Source: a virus
Taxonomy: Duplodnaviria; Caudoviricetes
Length of the DNA stretch: 33,370 nucleotides
Virus record (IMG/VR): IMGVR_UViG_3300044852_000058
Location: 1-33,370 of that record
Reading direction: 5' to 3' (one strand)
Below the pieces are notes generated by a model. That model did not search any database. It saw nothing but the letters and a program-made list of their open reading frames with translations, and had not been told where the DNA came from. A program made the translations under genes and the position numbers. This document shows positions 32,844 through 33,370 of the stretch, in pieces (within the stretch, counting starts at the first letter, position 1; every line of letters starts with the position of its first letter).

Positions 32844-33370
32844 GGTAGGCGCTCCGTCCCTGGATGTCGACCGCGGCGCCGGAGCCCCGCGCGGTGGAGG
32901 TGATGGTCACGGAACCGGTTCGTGTTTCCGGGTCGATGAACTTTGGGGTGATAGTGAAGAAGCCCGGGCCCCGGCCGAAGCTGAGCAGGGTCTGGTCGAC
33001 CTCGGTGCCGCCGGTCCAGGTGTCGGAGCTGGTCAGCCAGGCGCGGCCCGTGACGGCGTCGATGCGCAGGAACTGACCGGCGGCCACTGTGCCGGTGTAC
33101 TTGACGAACGTGCCGGCCGAGTCTGTGGCCTTCGGGTCGGTGATGTCCGTGAACCGCACCAGGGCGTCAGTGACCTTGCCGCTGATGCCGGGGAACATGG
33201 TGACCACTTTGGACGCCGAGGTGACCGGGGCCGTGAACGTTTCCACCGGCCCGCGGAACCACACGCCCGGGAAGGACAGGACGGCCTTGAGCTCCATTTG
33301 GGGGTCATTGCCGCCGGTGACGCGCACCTCACTGAGGGCGTTCAGCTGGGCGGTGGCGGACCCCGGCGTG
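32836..33370 (-). CDS. Distal tail / minor tail protein, 3' part (starts at 378 across the junction)
   Basis: Frame continuous with 1-378; ends ...GRSAYLV; overlaps the next tail gene. Confidence 0.8.
   Translation of the reverse strand, partial: TPGSATAQLNALSEVRVTGGNDPQMELKAVLSFPGVWFRGPVETFTAPVTSASKVVTMFPGISGKVTDALVRFTDITDPKATDSAGTFVKYTGTVAAGQFLRIDAVTGRAWLTSSDTWTGGTEVDQTLLSFGRGPGFFTITPKFIDPETRTGSVTITSTARGSGAAVDIQGRSAYLV

Noticed and set aside
33244-33370. 127-bp repeat as a biological terminal repeat or att site
   Set aside because: It lies mid-gene and matches a standard assembler k-mer length, so it indicates circular assembly only.

Overview
This window is a complete, circularly assembled genome of a high-GC actinobacterial siphovirus. 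Bases 1-127 equal 33244-33370 (assembly overlap), so the unique length is about 33,243 bp; a Micrococcaceae/Arthrobacter-like host is inferred, not proven. The minus strand carries an accessory/late block (Zn-finger regulator, HNH, DNA methyltransferase, NrdH), then terminase-portal-capsid-tail genes with a GGGAAAA tail-chaperone frameshift, a lysis cassette (GH25-LysM lysin, signal-peptide CHAP, holin) and two tail-fibre/receptor-binding genes. The plus strand carries an HTH protein, an iteron-rich origin, primase, SF3 helicase, three small genes and a ParA + small partner cassette. No integrase is present, so a plasmid-like prophage (phage-plasmid) is inferred. The most notable unexplained signals are: (1) a 111-nt tRNA-shaped RNA whose anticodon loop is replaced by a 45-nt module with a second T-loop; (2) a Rep-less, highly structured ~450-bp region upstream of parA with a countertranscript-like antisense RNA, a candidate RNA-based plasmid origin; (3) two homologous promoter-leader-terminator cassettes suggesting Q-like late antitermination; (4) a perfect LexA box ahead of an unannotated small gene followed by a GTCTCA site array; (5) dispersed 8-bp-periodic parS-like arrays, one inside a coding sequence. 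All protein calls rest on motifs and synteny; no database search was run.
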